A stretch of DNA of 64,000 nucleotides, from contig CAVYTU010000011.1 of assembly GCA_963771465.1 (NCBI GenBank), forward strand, positions 160,001-224,000, given 5' to 3'. The translations under genes and the position numbers were made by a program. Shown here piece after piece: positions 40,016 to 50,486 of this stretch. Each line of letters begins with the position of its first letter. Position 1 is the first letter of the stretch. The notes under the pieces are model-generated. The model was not told the DNA's origin and did not search any database. It saw only the letters and a list, made by a program, of their open reading frames with translations. This DNA comes from an uncultured delta proteobacterium. Its GTDB lineage: Bacteria; Desulfobacterota; Binatia; UBA9968.

Positions 40016-41218
40016 ATGGAATCCGCGAGCATGGAGCGAGTACAGCGTTGGAACAATCGGTTAATGGCAGTCGCGATTGGCCTGGTTCTGGCAATGACGG
40101 CGCTGACGGTCAGACACTGGTACAGCACCTTTCAGTACGGCTACCCACCGTGTGACGATTGCAGATCCGACTTTCCTTGTTTTTATGCCGCCGCCAAATT
40201 AATTTGGCAGTCGCCTTCGGCGCTTTATGATGACGCGAGTCAGCTGGCGATCCAAAAAATAATCGACCCTCGAATAGGCGACTCGATCTTACCTTTTACC
40301 TATCCTCCCTTTACCGCCGTTGTGTATATGCCTCTCGGTTGGTTGCCGTTTCCAGCAGCGTTTCTAGGGATCACGGTTATTAACTTAATGCTGTTGGGTT
40401 TTTCCTTAAGATTACTCATCGCAAGGCTCCAACTAACGCGCCAACAATCAACCTGGTTAATATTGAGTGGGCTGTGCAATTTCGGCGTGCATAGCGTGCT
40501 CCTCCAAGGCCAGACCTCGTTGATCGTCTTAACGTTGCTTGCAAGCTTTTCGCGTCCAGTCAAAACCATCGCCAAATCGGTGCCGGGCTGTCGGCGGGCT
40601 TACTTTTTATTAAGCCCCAATTGCAACTTATTCCATTCATCATACTCATAAGTCGACGCTGGTGGCGCGCCCTGGTGATCGCTTCGATAACGGCGGCTGC
40701 GCTGGCGGTTTTTTCGGTCCTGCTCGTCGGCTTGCCGGCCATCCTGGAGTACATAAAGTTATTGAATACTTACATGACGAAGGAACATGGTTACGGCAGT
40801 TATCCGGAATCGATGCAAAATCTACGGGCATTGGCGCAGTATCTGGTACCGTATTCCTGGGCGGCTCCATTATGGATTGCTTTAACTGTGCCTGTGGTCG
40901 CGGGGTTATGTCTGCTCAACGCAAAACTTGGCGACGATTCGAAGATCGCCGACGTGCAGTGGATCGGAAATTTTGTCGCGGGCGTCCTGATCACGCCGCA
41001 TTTTAACCCGCATGATCTCGCGGTTCTGATCGTGCCGACAGCTTTTGCCTTTAAGACTTTGGTGACCATGTGCCAGCGCGGTTAATCTTGCTGTGATCGC
41101 ACGGGCATTTATCCACTTCTGGCGTTGGTGTCGGCACACCATTTGCCGCCACTAGTTCCGGTTGTCTTCTTGGTGATTCTTTGCCTCTGTGTTCGCTCGG
41201 TACGACGAGGTGCGCTGA
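40016..41218 (+). CDS. GT87/DUF2029 GT-C membrane glycosyltransferase, frameshifted; 3' end approximate
   Basis: DF..FY.A, FTYPP, GQ.S, KPQ in the shifted frame, PH...HDL; multiple TMs. Confidence 0.75.
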
Positions 41219-41258
41219 AGATGATCGGCTGCGCGGTGTGATAGGCTCAAGCTGAAAT

Positions 41259-42722
41259 CTATTCCGCGCGCCGTCGCTCCAGCCGTAGCGAGAAGTTCGG
41301 CCGCTGAATGAACACACGGTTACGCTCGGTTTGCTTGCTCAGTTCGGCGACTAAGTTCAAAAGCGGATTACCATTGGTTTGAAAAGTACGCGCCGGCCCG
41401 GCGGCGTGCATTTTGTCGACCTCTTCTTTGCTGGAAAAAAAGCGCAGCAGTATTTCTTCGTCACTGGCGCCGTCGCCGCCGTATTTTTTGCGCAGCTCTG
41501 GGAGCGTATCGGTCGGGTGGGGCCGCTCGGCGATCTCTTTAGCGCGCGGGCGGTTGAGAATTGTCGCTTTCACGTTGGCGTCCATGTACTCGGCGCCTTC
41601 TTTGCCCCAGATGCCCATGGCGTATTCGATGGTCTGATCGGTGACCTGCTTATAGCGTTCGCCGACGATGACGTTGATCGCCGCCTGGCTGCCGACGAAT
41701 TGCGACAACGGCGTCACCATGATCGGGTAGCCAAAGTCGGCGCGCACCTGGGCCGCTTCTTCCAAAGTCTGATCGATTTTATGTTCCATACCGACCCGGC
41801 CGAGTTGATAGCGCAGGTTGGAAATCATGCCGCCGGGGATTTGATGCACGTATTGCGCGTAATCGTATTCCGGCGTCTTGCCGATGGGCAGGTTTTCTTG
41901 GATAGCACAGGCGGTGAGAAACTTTGCTGCTTGGCGCAGAGGCTCTTCATGGACTCTCGTCTGATAGCCCAAGGCGCGCGCGTTCATGGCGACATTGAAA
42001 ATAGACGGATTCGACGAACCGTCGGCGAGCGGCGGGATTGCCGTGTTGATATGCGTCATCCCGGCTTTGATCGCTTCCAGACAACAAAGCGTGCCGAGCC
42101 CGGTGGTGCAGTGCGTATGCAATTCCACCGTGGTGTTGCCCGCAGCTTTGAGTACTGCAGGCGCGAGCGTCTTGGTTCGTTCGGGAGTTAAGATGCCTCC
42201 CGGATCTTTTAAAATGACCCGGTAAACGCCGAGCGCGATCGCTCGCTTAGTTTTCTCGGCAAAGTGTTCGTCGGTGTGGCGCGGCGAAACGGTGTAGATC
42301 AGATTGATAATCGGCTTGAGGCCGGCGTTCTTGGCTTGTTGAACGCGCCAGGCCCAATCGTTTGGATCGTTCCAGGAGTCGGAAATGCGCACTTCGCTGA
42401 CCCCTGCTCGCGCCATGCAGGTATCGTAGAGTTGATGCAGCGCGTCGGGATAAATCGCGAAACCACTGCGCGTGCCGTGGATAAGTCGCAGCGGCGTTTT
42501 CTTAAACTTCGGCACAATCAGGCGGTAGCGCTCCCAGGGATCTTCACGCAATTCTTTAATGCACTTCGGCAACTCCACCGGGCCGCCGAGCTCGATCGCT
42601 TCGAAGCCGGCTTCGTCGAGTAATTCCGCTACGGGCGCGATCATGCCCGTGCGCATGTTGTAAGCCCACAGACTTTGCTGGCCATCGCGAATCGTCGTGT
42701 CGACAAAAGTAACTTCGGTCAT
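41259..42722 (-). CDS. Pyruvate carboxylase subunit B/oxaloacetate decarboxylase alpha-like carboxyltransferase (no biotinyl domain)
   Basis: DTTIRDGQQSL, EDPWER, LKD..G, HTHCT.G, HQIPGGMISN, GYPIMVTP.SQ.VG.QA. Confidence 0.9.
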   Translation of the reverse strand: MTEVTFVDTTIRDGQQSLWAYNMRTGMIAPVAELLDEAGFEAIELGGPVELPKCIKELREDPWERYRLIVPKFKKTPLRLIHGTRSGFAIYPDALHQLYDTCMARAGVSEVRISDSWNDPNDWAWRVQQAKNAGLKPIINLIYTVSPRHTDEHFAEKTKRAIALGVYRVILKDPGGILTPERTKTLAPAVLKAAGNTTVELHTHCTTGLGTLCCLEAIKAGMTHINTAIPPLADGSSNPSIFNVAMNARALGYQTRVHEEPLRQAAKFLTACAIQENLPIGKTPEYDYAQYVHQIPGGMISNLRYQLGRVGMEHKIDQTLEEAAQVRADFGYPIMVTPLSQFVGSQAAINVIVGERYKQVTDQTIEYAMGIWGKEGAEYMDANVKATILNRPRAKEIAERPHPTDTLPELRKKYGGDGASDEEILLRFFSSKEEVDKMHAAGPARTFQTNGNPLLNLVAELSKQTERNRVFIQRPNFSLRLERRRAE

Positions 42723-42776
42723 GGCGTGGTTTTCACTTCCAGCACTGGTTAGTCGTTTCGTCGGGCTTGGGCGCGG

Positions 42777-43265
42777 CTACTCTTCACGCAGCCAAACTTG
42801 GCTGCGGCCAAACAGCGAGAATCCGATGAAGCCACGGACCTCGAGCTTCTTGCCGCCGTCGATGAATTTCATCTTGGCCTGATATGTCTTGCCGTTTTCG
42901 GGATCGAGTATCTCGCCGCCTTGGTATTCGCTCCCTTGCTTTGTCAGATTCCACAGAATCGTCATGCCGAGCACCGGTTGATTGTGACGAGTGCCGTCGC
43001 ACTTGTCACACTTGGGCGCGGGATCATCGCCGGGTTTGGGGAAGATTTTTTCGATCTTGCCTTCGAACTGACCGTTTCGCTCGCTGATCCGTACCAAGCC
43101 TTTGGGCTGGCTAGTAGTATCGTCGATGGTTTTCCAAAGGCCGACCGGTGTCGGCTCGGCAGCGGCTGCCGTCATGTGTGGCAGACATAGATAAACGGCT
43201 GCCAGAAATAGATTGCCAAGGCTTTTTTTCAAAGCAGCCATGAGGTTTCGATTCGGTAAATTCAT
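42777..43265 (-). CDS. DUF2147-family exported protein
   Basis: PVGLWKTIDD, C.KC, GGEILDPENGKTY, VRGFIG..LFGRSQ.W.R. Confidence 0.9.
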   Translation of the reverse strand: MNLPNRNLMAALKKSLGNLFLAAVYLCLPHMTAAAAEPTPVGLWKTIDDTTSQPKGLVRISERNGQFEGKIEKIFPKPGDDPAPKCDKCDGTRHNQPVLGMTILWNLTKQGSEYQGGEILDPENGKTYQAKMKFIDGGKKLEVRGFIGFSLFGRSQVWLREE

Positions 43266-44264
43266 TTAGCGAAACTTGGGAAACACATCCTTCGACATCA
43301 GCTCCAGCGTTCGGCGCACGCCTGCCATCGGCACGCCGCCAAAATTGACTATGCCGATGACGTGGGTGACGCCGATCTTTTCGTAGGCCTTTAAAATCCC
43401 CACGGCGTCTTCTGGATGGGTGAACAGCGCGAGTCGCTCCTGCTTGATGTTATCGAGTTGGGGAATCTTCGAGCCGGGACGACGATGGGTTTTGTGAAAC
43501 GAGATGTTGCGTTCGAAATAGGGCCGCGCACTGTCGACGGCCGCTTGTTCGTTTTGATGTAAGTAGACGTGCATCGCGACCATGATTTCCGCCGCCGCTT
43601 TGTGGCCGGCCTTTCGATAGCTGTCGAGGTAAAGATCGTTTTTGGTTTTCACGTCGGCAAGGTTATTCGAGCGCGCAAACGGGATGCCCATCATGGATAA
43701 ACCCATCTGGCCGGCCTTGACTAATGTGTCGTCGCTCGACGCGGCGAGCCAAGTCGGCAGCGGTTTTTGTAACGGCTGCATGTAGAGCGAGATATTTTCG
43801 AATTGATAGTGCTTGCCGCGGTGCGAAAATTTGTCCTGCGACCAGGCTTTGAAGATGATGTCGGTGGCTTCCCAAAATTTTTCCTTGGCTTCGTCCATCG
43901 TCATGCCAAATTGCTCGAACTCCACCGGCGAGAAGCCGCTGCCGAGGGCGAACTCCAAGCGGCCGTTACACAGGTTGTCAGCCAGGGCATATTCCTCGGC
44001 GACAATGAGCGGATTGTGAAATGACGGCACGGCCACCGCGGGCCCTAAACGAATTCGCTTGGTCCGTTGACCGAGCGCGGCGATGATCATCGGCGGCGAC
44101 ACGCAGGTGCCATACCAGTAGAGATGATGCTCGCCAAGCCAGAAGGAATCGAAGCCCAGTTCTTCTGCCCACTCGGCCATAGTGAGTACTTCTTCGTAAT
44201 ATTTCTGGTTCGAGCGGCCCAGCTCGGGGTGATTGTCGCCGAAAACAAAAATGCCGAACTTCAT
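43266..44264 (-). CDS. LLM-class flavin-dependent oxidoreductase
   Basis: AEELGFDSFWLGEHH, RIRLG, D.L.NGRLE..LG.G. Confidence 0.95.
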   Translation of the reverse strand: MKFGIFVFGDNHPELGRSNQKYYEEVLTMAEWAEELGFDSFWLGEHHLYWYGTCVSPPMIIAALGQRTKRIRLGPAVAVPSFHNPLIVAEEYALADNLCNGRLEFALGSGFSPVEFEQFGMTMDEAKEKFWEATDIIFKAWSQDKFSHRGKHYQFENISLYMQPLQKPLPTWLAASSDDTLVKAGQMGLSMMGIPFARSNNLADVKTKNDLYLDSYRKAGHKAAAEIMVAMHVYLHQNEQAAVDSARPYFERNISFHKTHRRPGSKIPQLDNIKQERLALFTHPEDAVGILKAYEKIGVTHVIGIVNFGGVPMAGVRRTLELMSKDVFPKFR

Positions 44265-44368
44265 GAAGGTGCTGCTCCGCCATCTAAGCGATTGGACGGT
44301 CTAGATTCGACCTGTTCTTATCTTAAGGCGCAGGAAATATCCAACTTGGGAAGGGTTGTTCAAAAGGG

Positions 44369-45214
44369 TTACTTTTGCGCTGTGAGCAATCCGTAGCGCA
44401 TGGCTCCCGTTTCATAGGCCAACCGGATACGGAAAATAGTTTTGGCGAAGTCGCGGTTGGTGAAGCCGGGATCGAGCAGGCGTCGCCGCAGAGCGGAATC
44501 GGCGAAAAATCGCTTGACGAGACGAAGTGCGCAAATCGTCCAGGTTTTTTTTACCGACTGAGTTAAATCGATAAACCTTGTCTCGCAAAAGCCAGCGGTT
44601 TCGAGCATCGTTTGGAATTCCGCGACGGAGGCCAGGCTCGGTATACGGCCCTCGGCGCAGATCGGTTCAAGAAGGTGCGTCCATTCCCAGCTACCGGGAC
44701 GCTCCCGGGTGAGCCAGGCGGCGATGACGCAACGTCCGCCCGGCCGCAGGAGACGGTACGCTTCGCTGACCAATTTCGGCTTATCCATGAAATGTTCTGA
44801 GCTCTCGACCGCAATGACAGCATCGTAGGTGCCCGGCACGAGATCGTTTTGTAGGGCATCGCAAAGCAAAAAGTTCACGCTGTTATTTCCCGCGGCGGCG
44901 ATTTGAGCTTGGCGGAACTGTTTTGGCGAAATCGTCATCCCCGTGACCGCCACGCCATAGGCATGATTCAAAGTGAGCGCCGCGGCACCATAGCCAGAGC
45001 CGATGTCGCATACTTGATCGCCGGGGCGGATCGACGCCAAGCGGCCAACCAGGTGAGTCAGGTTGATGACAGCTTCCTCAACGGATTCTTTTCCGGTAAT
45101 CCAATATCCGTGATGAAGGTTCGAGCCCCAAATGCTGCGATAGAGATCGTCGAGGTCGTCATAATGTTCACTGACAGCGGCGACATCGGCAATGGCAGAG
45201 TGCGGGATTATCAT
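44369..45214 (-). CDS. Class I SAM-dependent methyltransferase (tocopherol/MPBQ MT-like)
   Basis: HYD......WG..LHHGYW, DIGSGYG, ESSEH..DK, RLLRPGGR. Confidence 0.88.
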   Translation of the reverse strand: MIIPHSAIADVAAVSEHYDDLDDLYRSIWGSNLHHGYWITGKESVEEAVINLTHLVGRLASIRPGDQVCDIGSGYGAAALTLNHAYGVAVTGMTISPKQFRQAQIAAAGNNSVNFLLCDALQNDLVPGTYDAVIAVESSEHFMDKPKLVSEAYRLLRPGGRCVIAAWLTRERPGSWEWTHLLEPICAEGRIPSLASVAEFQTMLETAGFCETRFIDLTQSVKKTWTICALRLVKRFFADSALRRRLLDPGFTNRDFAKTIFRIRLAYETGAMRYGLLTAQK

Positions 45215-45275
45215 ACGCGACAGTTTAACGTGTTAGCGAAACGCGCGCGGCGAGTTGTGCGTCTCGCTCAACGTT

Positions 45276-46268
45276 TTACTTGCGGCCGTAAAGTTTATCG
45301 ACGAAGCCGCTTTTTTTCATGTCGTCGACGAAGCGCAGATCGACGAAATCCTCGGCTTTGAATTTCGTGGCACGCGGGTCGGTCAAGGCTTGCACGTCCA
45401 GCGTTTGCTTCAAGCCCTCCAAGGTCGGATAGGTGTCTTCGACGAGCAGCGCGGAGTTGGCCGTATGTGCGCCCTCCAGTATTTCGCGCGGTAAGCCGCG
45501 GGTATACTTTTGCATGATCTTGACCGATTCCTCTTTGCGGGTTTTAAAAAAATGAATCGACTCCGCCATGGTCCAGACCACACGGCGTACTTCGTCGGGA
45601 TTCTCGCGGATTTTTCTGCGCGTGGTGACGCTGCAGTTAAACTGAAACGGGACGTTCAGTCTCGCCATGTCGATGACCACTTTCAGACCCATTTTTTCGC
45701 CTTGGAGTTTTTCGCCGTCGGTGACCACGGTGAAATCCGCCTGACCCTGCGTGACGGCGGCGAGCCTGGCCGGCGCGCCGCCCACGGTAATCGCTTTGAT
45801 GTCTTTGTAGTTGATGCCGACTTTCGAGAGCGCCAGGCGCATGGCGAAATCCGCCGAGGTGCCCGGGATATGCACCGCCGCGGACTTTCCCTTGAGCGCA
45901 TCCGGTGACTTGATGTTCGCATTGCCGATGATGAAGTAGGGCAGGGTGTTCATCTGACTTTGAATAATCGCGATGTCGCCGCCGGCGAGATTGGCATTGA
46001 TGACCGCCGTTCCGACTGCGCCGCTGTAGCTGAGATCGCCGGCGATCAGGCTCTGAATACCGCGCACGCTGCCGTTGATATAGATCGTGTCGAGATCAAG
46101 TCCGTGCTTCTTGAAGATGCCCGCCTCCTTGGCGATCCAGTAGATCACCGAAGAATTGGTTGAGTCGGAGATGTACGCAATGTAACTTTTTGCCTGCGCC
46201 GGTAGTGCCGATGTGATCGCGGCAGCGAGCGAGATGAACAGTACAAGTCCAAATAAACGAGTCTTCAT
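45276..46268 (-). CDS. ABC substrate-binding protein (SsuA/NMT1-like)
   Basis: Signal peptide, WIAKEAGIFKKHGL, FVDLRFVD....SGFVDKLY. Confidence 0.88.
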   Translation of the reverse strand: MKTRLFGLVLFISLAAAITSALPAQAKSYIAYISDSTNSSVIYWIAKEAGIFKKHGLDLDTIYINGSVRGIQSLIAGDLSYSGAVGTAVINANLAGGDIAIIQSQMNTLPYFIIGNANIKSPDALKGKSAAVHIPGTSADFAMRLALSKVGINYKDIKAITVGGAPARLAAVTQGQADFTVVTDGEKLQGEKMGLKVVIDMARLNVPFQFNCSVTTRRKIRENPDEVRRVVWTMAESIHFFKTRKEESVKIMQKYTRGLPREILEGAHTANSALLVEDTYPTLEGLKQTLDVQALTDPRATKFKAEDFVDLRFVDDMKKSGFVDKLYGRK

Positions 46269-46357
46269 CGTCGAAGCCTCCTTTAGTTCCGATTCGATTG
46301 CTTGGGCAAGTTCATGCTTAGCGCATCTGCTATGACCTCAACAAGTCGGATCGAAAC

Positions 46358-47542
46358 TCATTGTAGCTTCGCCCAATAACACCGGGTCACGATTAGCCCC
46401 ATACTGCATAGCAAAGCTGCTGCGACGTACATCCAGGCGTATCCCGCTAGGTCGACGATGAGGCCGTTTATCAACGCGCCGATGCCGTTGCTGAGTGGAA
46501 ACGCGACTGAAAAACTGGCCATGGCGCGGCCGCGCCGTTCGACCGGCGCCTGCTCCATGGCCAACGCGAGAATGCGCGTGCCGCCAACTGCCGCGCCGAT
46601 AAACCACAGCGCGCCGCTCAGGATCAGGCCGAAAAGATTGCTGGCCAGAGGCATGATCAATAGGGCGAAGGTTTCTAAACTAAACGCGATGATCAACGAG
46701 CGGCGCGCGCCCAGTTTGTCTGAAAGGCGTCCCAGCAGCGGCCGTCCCAGCGCGCTGGTCGCGCCGACGGCGACGTAGTACCAGGCGAAGTGGCTGACGC
46801 CGAGCTCGCGGGCGTAGAGCACGACGAAACTGGAATAGCAGGGTAACGACAAATTGAGCGTGAACAATAGTAACGCGGCGGAAAAAATATTGCGATCCAC
46901 GACATTCATAATTTCGCGCCACCAGGGTTCCGAGGCATCAACGGCGGTGCTGCGATTTCGTTTGGGCGCGGCGCGCCGTAATGCGCCCGCCGCGACTGCG
47001 CCGCCCAGGACTAGCGCCATCGCCAGAAAAAATACGGCGTGAAATCCGCCCAACGGCGCATCGATAATCCATAATGCCACCGCCGGAAATAAAATAGTCG
47101 CGGTAGATTGCACGCCGCCGAAATAGCCGGAAGCTTCGCCGCGCCGGTCAGGCGGCGCCGCGGTAGCAAGCAGAGTGTAACCGCCGGCAGTCATGCCGGA
47201 CCAGCCGACGCCGCGCAAGGTATTGGAGATCAAGACCGCAATATTGAATGGAATGAAGCACAATAAAATAGTTGCGGCCTGCGTGATCATGCCCAAAATC
47301 ATCACACCGCTTTCACTCCAGCGATCGGCCCAATAGCCGATGATCGGCCGCGAGATGACGCTGGCGACACCGAAGCCCGCGATCACGAGGCCAACGATGA
47401 ACGGCGAACCGCCGAGATGTGTAATGTAGAGCGGCAGAGCCGGCTGCAAAGCGAAGTGCTGCGCGTAGCCGAGGAATTCAGCCAAACAGAGTAGCGCGAA
47501 AGCGCGAGTCCAGAGGGAGTCGGCGGCCGGTGCAGCGGACAT
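46358..47542 (-). CDS. MFS transporter (paralog 3)
   Basis: About 12 hydrophobic segments, G.WADRW and GRLSDKLG motif A, P..RRG.A. Confidence 0.92.
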   Translation of the reverse strand: MSAAPAADSLWTRAFALLCLAEFLGYAQHFALQPALPLYITHLGGSPFIVGLVIAGFGVASVISRPIIGYWADRWSESGVMILGMITQAATILLCFIPFNIAVLISNTLRGVGWSGMTAGGYTLLATAAPPDRRGEASGYFGGVQSTATILFPAVALWIIDAPLGGFHAVFFLAMALVLGGAVAAGALRRAAPKRNRSTAVDASEPWWREIMNVVDRNIFSAALLLFTLNLSLPCYSSFVVLYARELGVSHFAWYYVAVGATSALGRPLLGRLSDKLGARRSLIIAFSLETFALLIMPLASNLFGLILSGALWFIGAAVGGTRILALAMEQAPVERRGRAMASFSVAFPLSNGIGALINGLIVDLAGYAWMYVAAALLCSMGLIVTRCYWAKLQ

Positions 47543-47617
47543 CGTTGTTGTCTAGCACGCTGGCGCGAGAAACTCATGGGTTAGCCGCGGATGGGTTAGA
47601 CTGAGTATTGGAAAAGC

Positions 47618-47638
47618 GAGGATGGAAGATCGAGGATC
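47618..47638. repeat. Heptamer tandem repeat
   Basis: GAGGATG GAAGATC GAGGATC; related arrays at 50270-50306 and 57065-57092. Confidence 0.55.
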
Positions 47639-47697
47639 GCGCGTGGAGCTTTTATATAGCCTTTCGCGAAATGACGCGATCGGTGATCGGGAAACTG

Positions 47698-48883
47698 TCA
47701 GTTCGTTGTCGATTGTACTTTTGGCGCGTTGGCTTGGGCGAAGACTAGGCCGGCGGCTTGGACGACGGCGAGGAGGAGAAACATGCCGGCGTAGCCGGCG
47801 ACATCGATGGCGGCACCGGTGAGGAGTGAGCCGAGGCCGTAGCTTAACGGGTAGGCTACGGAGAAAGTCGCCATTTGCTTGCCGCGCCGTTGGGGATCGG
47901 CGCGTTCGACGGCGAGCGCCAAGGTCGTCGAGCTGCCGATGGCGTTGCCGAGCATGTAGAGCGCGCCACAGAGTATAACGCTGAAGAGATTCGAGACTAA
48001 CGTGAGCAGGAGCAACGCGACGACTTGGAAAAAAAATCCAGCGACGATGGAGCGTGCGTGGCCGATTTTATCCGACAAGCGACCGAGTAGCGGGCGGCCA
48101 AGCATGCTGGTGGCGCCGATGACGACGAAGTAGGGCGCAAAATTGCCGATCCCCAACTCGCGCGCATAAAGAATGATGAAGTTGGTGAGCGCAGGTAACG
48201 AGACATTGAGCCAAAACAGCAAGATCGATGGCAGCAATATTTCCGGTTCGACGAAGCGAAAAATCTCGCGCCACCATTGAGTGTCATTGCCCGCTGGTTG
48301 TTGACGGGGTGCGCGTCAGCGAACCGGACATCATGAAGCCGGTGACCGCCGCGGTTACTGAGAAAAGCGCGGTGACAATAAAAACGATTCCGTAGCCGCC
48401 GAAAGAAGCGTAAAGCAGCCAAAGCGCGATCGGCGGAAAGAAAATCTGTGCTGAGCTCTGCACGCCGCTGTAGAGTCCAGAAGCTGCGCCGCGTTTGGAT
48501 TCCGGGGCGATTAACGCGAGCAACGAATAGCCGCCGGTATTCAAACCGGCCCAGCCGATGCCGCGCAGACCGTTGGCCAGCGCCGTGGCCGGGATGAACG
48601 GTATGAAGCAGAGAAAAATACTCGCCGCCTGAAAGAGCATGCCGACGATCATGACGCCGGCTTCGCTCCAGCGGTCGGCCCAGTGACCTACCACGGGTCG
48701 AACGATGACACTGGTGACGGCGAAGCAGGCGAGCACGATGCCGACGACCGATGGCGAGGCGCCGAGCTGAGTCAAATAAAGCGGCAGCACCGGCGCGAGC
48801 ATGAAATGCTGGGCGTAGCCGAGCAACTGCGCGGCGCAGAGCAATATGAAAGTTTTCGTCCAGATGGTGCCGGAATTTGTCAT
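47698..48883 (-). CDS. MFS transporter (paralog 2), frameshift ~48280
   Basis: N-half 48284-48883 and C-half 47698-48237 align end to end with the neighbouring paralogs. Confidence 0.88.
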
Positions 48884-49006
48884 CGTAATTTGTGTTCGTG
48901 CTCGTTGCCGATTCGATCGCGATCACGAACATGATAATTCAACGTCTCGCGTTTCATTTTGGCCGCGCGCGATTGACGATGGACCATCATAGAAATCTAA
49001 GGCTCG

Positions 49007-50188
49007 TCACTTGAGGCTCGACCAGTTTTTGCACGTGACGATCAAACCGGGGATGTTGAGCGCCGCGGCGAAGAGAAACATCCAGAAATATCCGGCGAGC
49101 TGAATGGCACCGCCGGCGAGCAGCGAGCCGACGCCCGCGCTGAGCGGATAAGCCATCGAATAGGTCGCGATCACTTGGCCGCGTCGTTCGGGATTGGCGT
49201 GCTCCAGGGCGAGCGCTAACGTAGCTGCGGTACCGATGGCGGAGCCTGTCATGTAAAGCACACCGGAAACGATCATGCCCGCTAGCGTTGAGGCATTGAC
49301 CACGACGCAAAGCGCCAGCGCTTCAAGCAAAAATCCGACAGCGATCGCCGAGCCACGGCCGATTTTGTCTGACGCCCAACCGAGGACCGGACGCGTAATT
49401 AGACTGGTGGCGCCGCTGATGACGTAGTACCAGCCGAAGTTTTCAATGCCGATCTGGCGCGCGTAGAGGACGAGAAAACCGGCGACGGCAGGGAGCGAAA
49501 TATGAAGACCGAAGAGCAAACCCGACGCCAATAGAATGTCTTTTTCCGGTAGGGCGAAAATCTCGCGCCACCAAGGACCGGCTGCGGCACGGTGGCGTAT
49601 CCGTTCGCCACTGGTATTACGACCCTTGAGCAGCATGCCCATACCAGCGCCGATGATCGCGATCGTCATCGATGCTGCGAACACGACGTGAAAGCCGCCG
49701 AACGGCGCGTCGATCAACCAGAGCGCGAGCGCGGGCAGGATAATCGTCGCGCTGCCTTGCGCTCCGCTGTAGTAACCCGAAGCCTCGCCGCGGCGCGCCG
49801 CGGGGGCGGATTGCGCGAGTAACGCGTAGCCGCCGGAGTTGACGCTGGCCCAACCGACACCGCGGCAACTGTTGGCTAACATCATGGTGCCGACGACGGG
49901 CACGAAGCAGAGGAGTACGCTGGCGGCTTGAATTAACAGTCCGGAGATCATCACCCCGGCCTCGCTCCAGCGGTCGGACCAGTAGCCGACCAGCGGCCGA
50001 AGCAGCATGCTGGTGGCGGCAAAGGAAGCCATCACCAATCCGACGGCGAACGGCGACGCGCCCAGGTGGGTTACGTAGATCGGGATGGTCGGCTGTAAGA
50101 CGAAATGTTGCGCGTAACCGAGAAACTGCACGATGCAGAGCAACACGAAAGCGCGCGTCCAGAGAGGATCAGATTGAGTTGCGGTCAT
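49007..50188 (-). CDS. MFS transporter (paralog 1)
   Basis: LWTRAF.LLC...FLGYAQHF shared with the other two; G.WSDRW. Confidence 0.92.
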   Translation of the reverse strand: MTATQSDPLWTRAFVLLCIVQFLGYAQHFVLQPTIPIYVTHLGASPFAVGLVMASFAATSMLLRPLVGYWSDRWSEAGVMISGLLIQAASVLLCFVPVVGTMMLANSCRGVGWASVNSGGYALLAQSAPAARRGEASGYYSGAQGSATIILPALALWLIDAPFGGFHVVFAASMTIAIIGAGMGMLLKGRNTSGERIRHRAAAGPWWREIFALPEKDILLASGLLFGLHISLPAVAGFLVLYARQIGIENFGWYYVISGATSLITRPVLGWASDKIGRGSAIAVGFLLEALALCVVVNASTLAGMIVSGVLYMTGSAIGTAATLALALEHANPERRGQVIATYSMAYPLSAGVGSLLAGGAIQLAGYFWMFLFAAALNIPGLIVTCKNWSSLK

Positions 50189-50391
50189 CGAGGTTGTGAA
50201 GCTGAAAAAAAGTCCAAGTTTTCTTATACAAGCTTCGCGGCGAACTCGCCAGGTCGCGTCGCCGCGGATAAGATCAAGATCGAAGATCGCGGATCAAGAA
50301 TCGAAGAAGGAACTAGCGAATTTGGAATCTGCAGCAGCGCCGCGTTTTTCGCCGATCGTGAATAACCGTAATGAAACGCTCGGTTTCTATT

Positions 50392-50421
50392 CCGTCATTG
50401 CGACGCACGCTGGAATCCAGG
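50392..50421. repeat. Degenerate GTCATTCCCGC..GCGGGAATCCAG-type REP-like element
   Basis: CGTCATTGCGACGCACGCTGGAATCCAGG keeps both ends of this repeat type. Confidence 0.35.
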
Positions 50422-50486
50422 TTTCAGGGCGGCGGCGCGGATATTCACGATCCAAGGCGCGAATAGTACGACGTTAGTCTCCGTCG

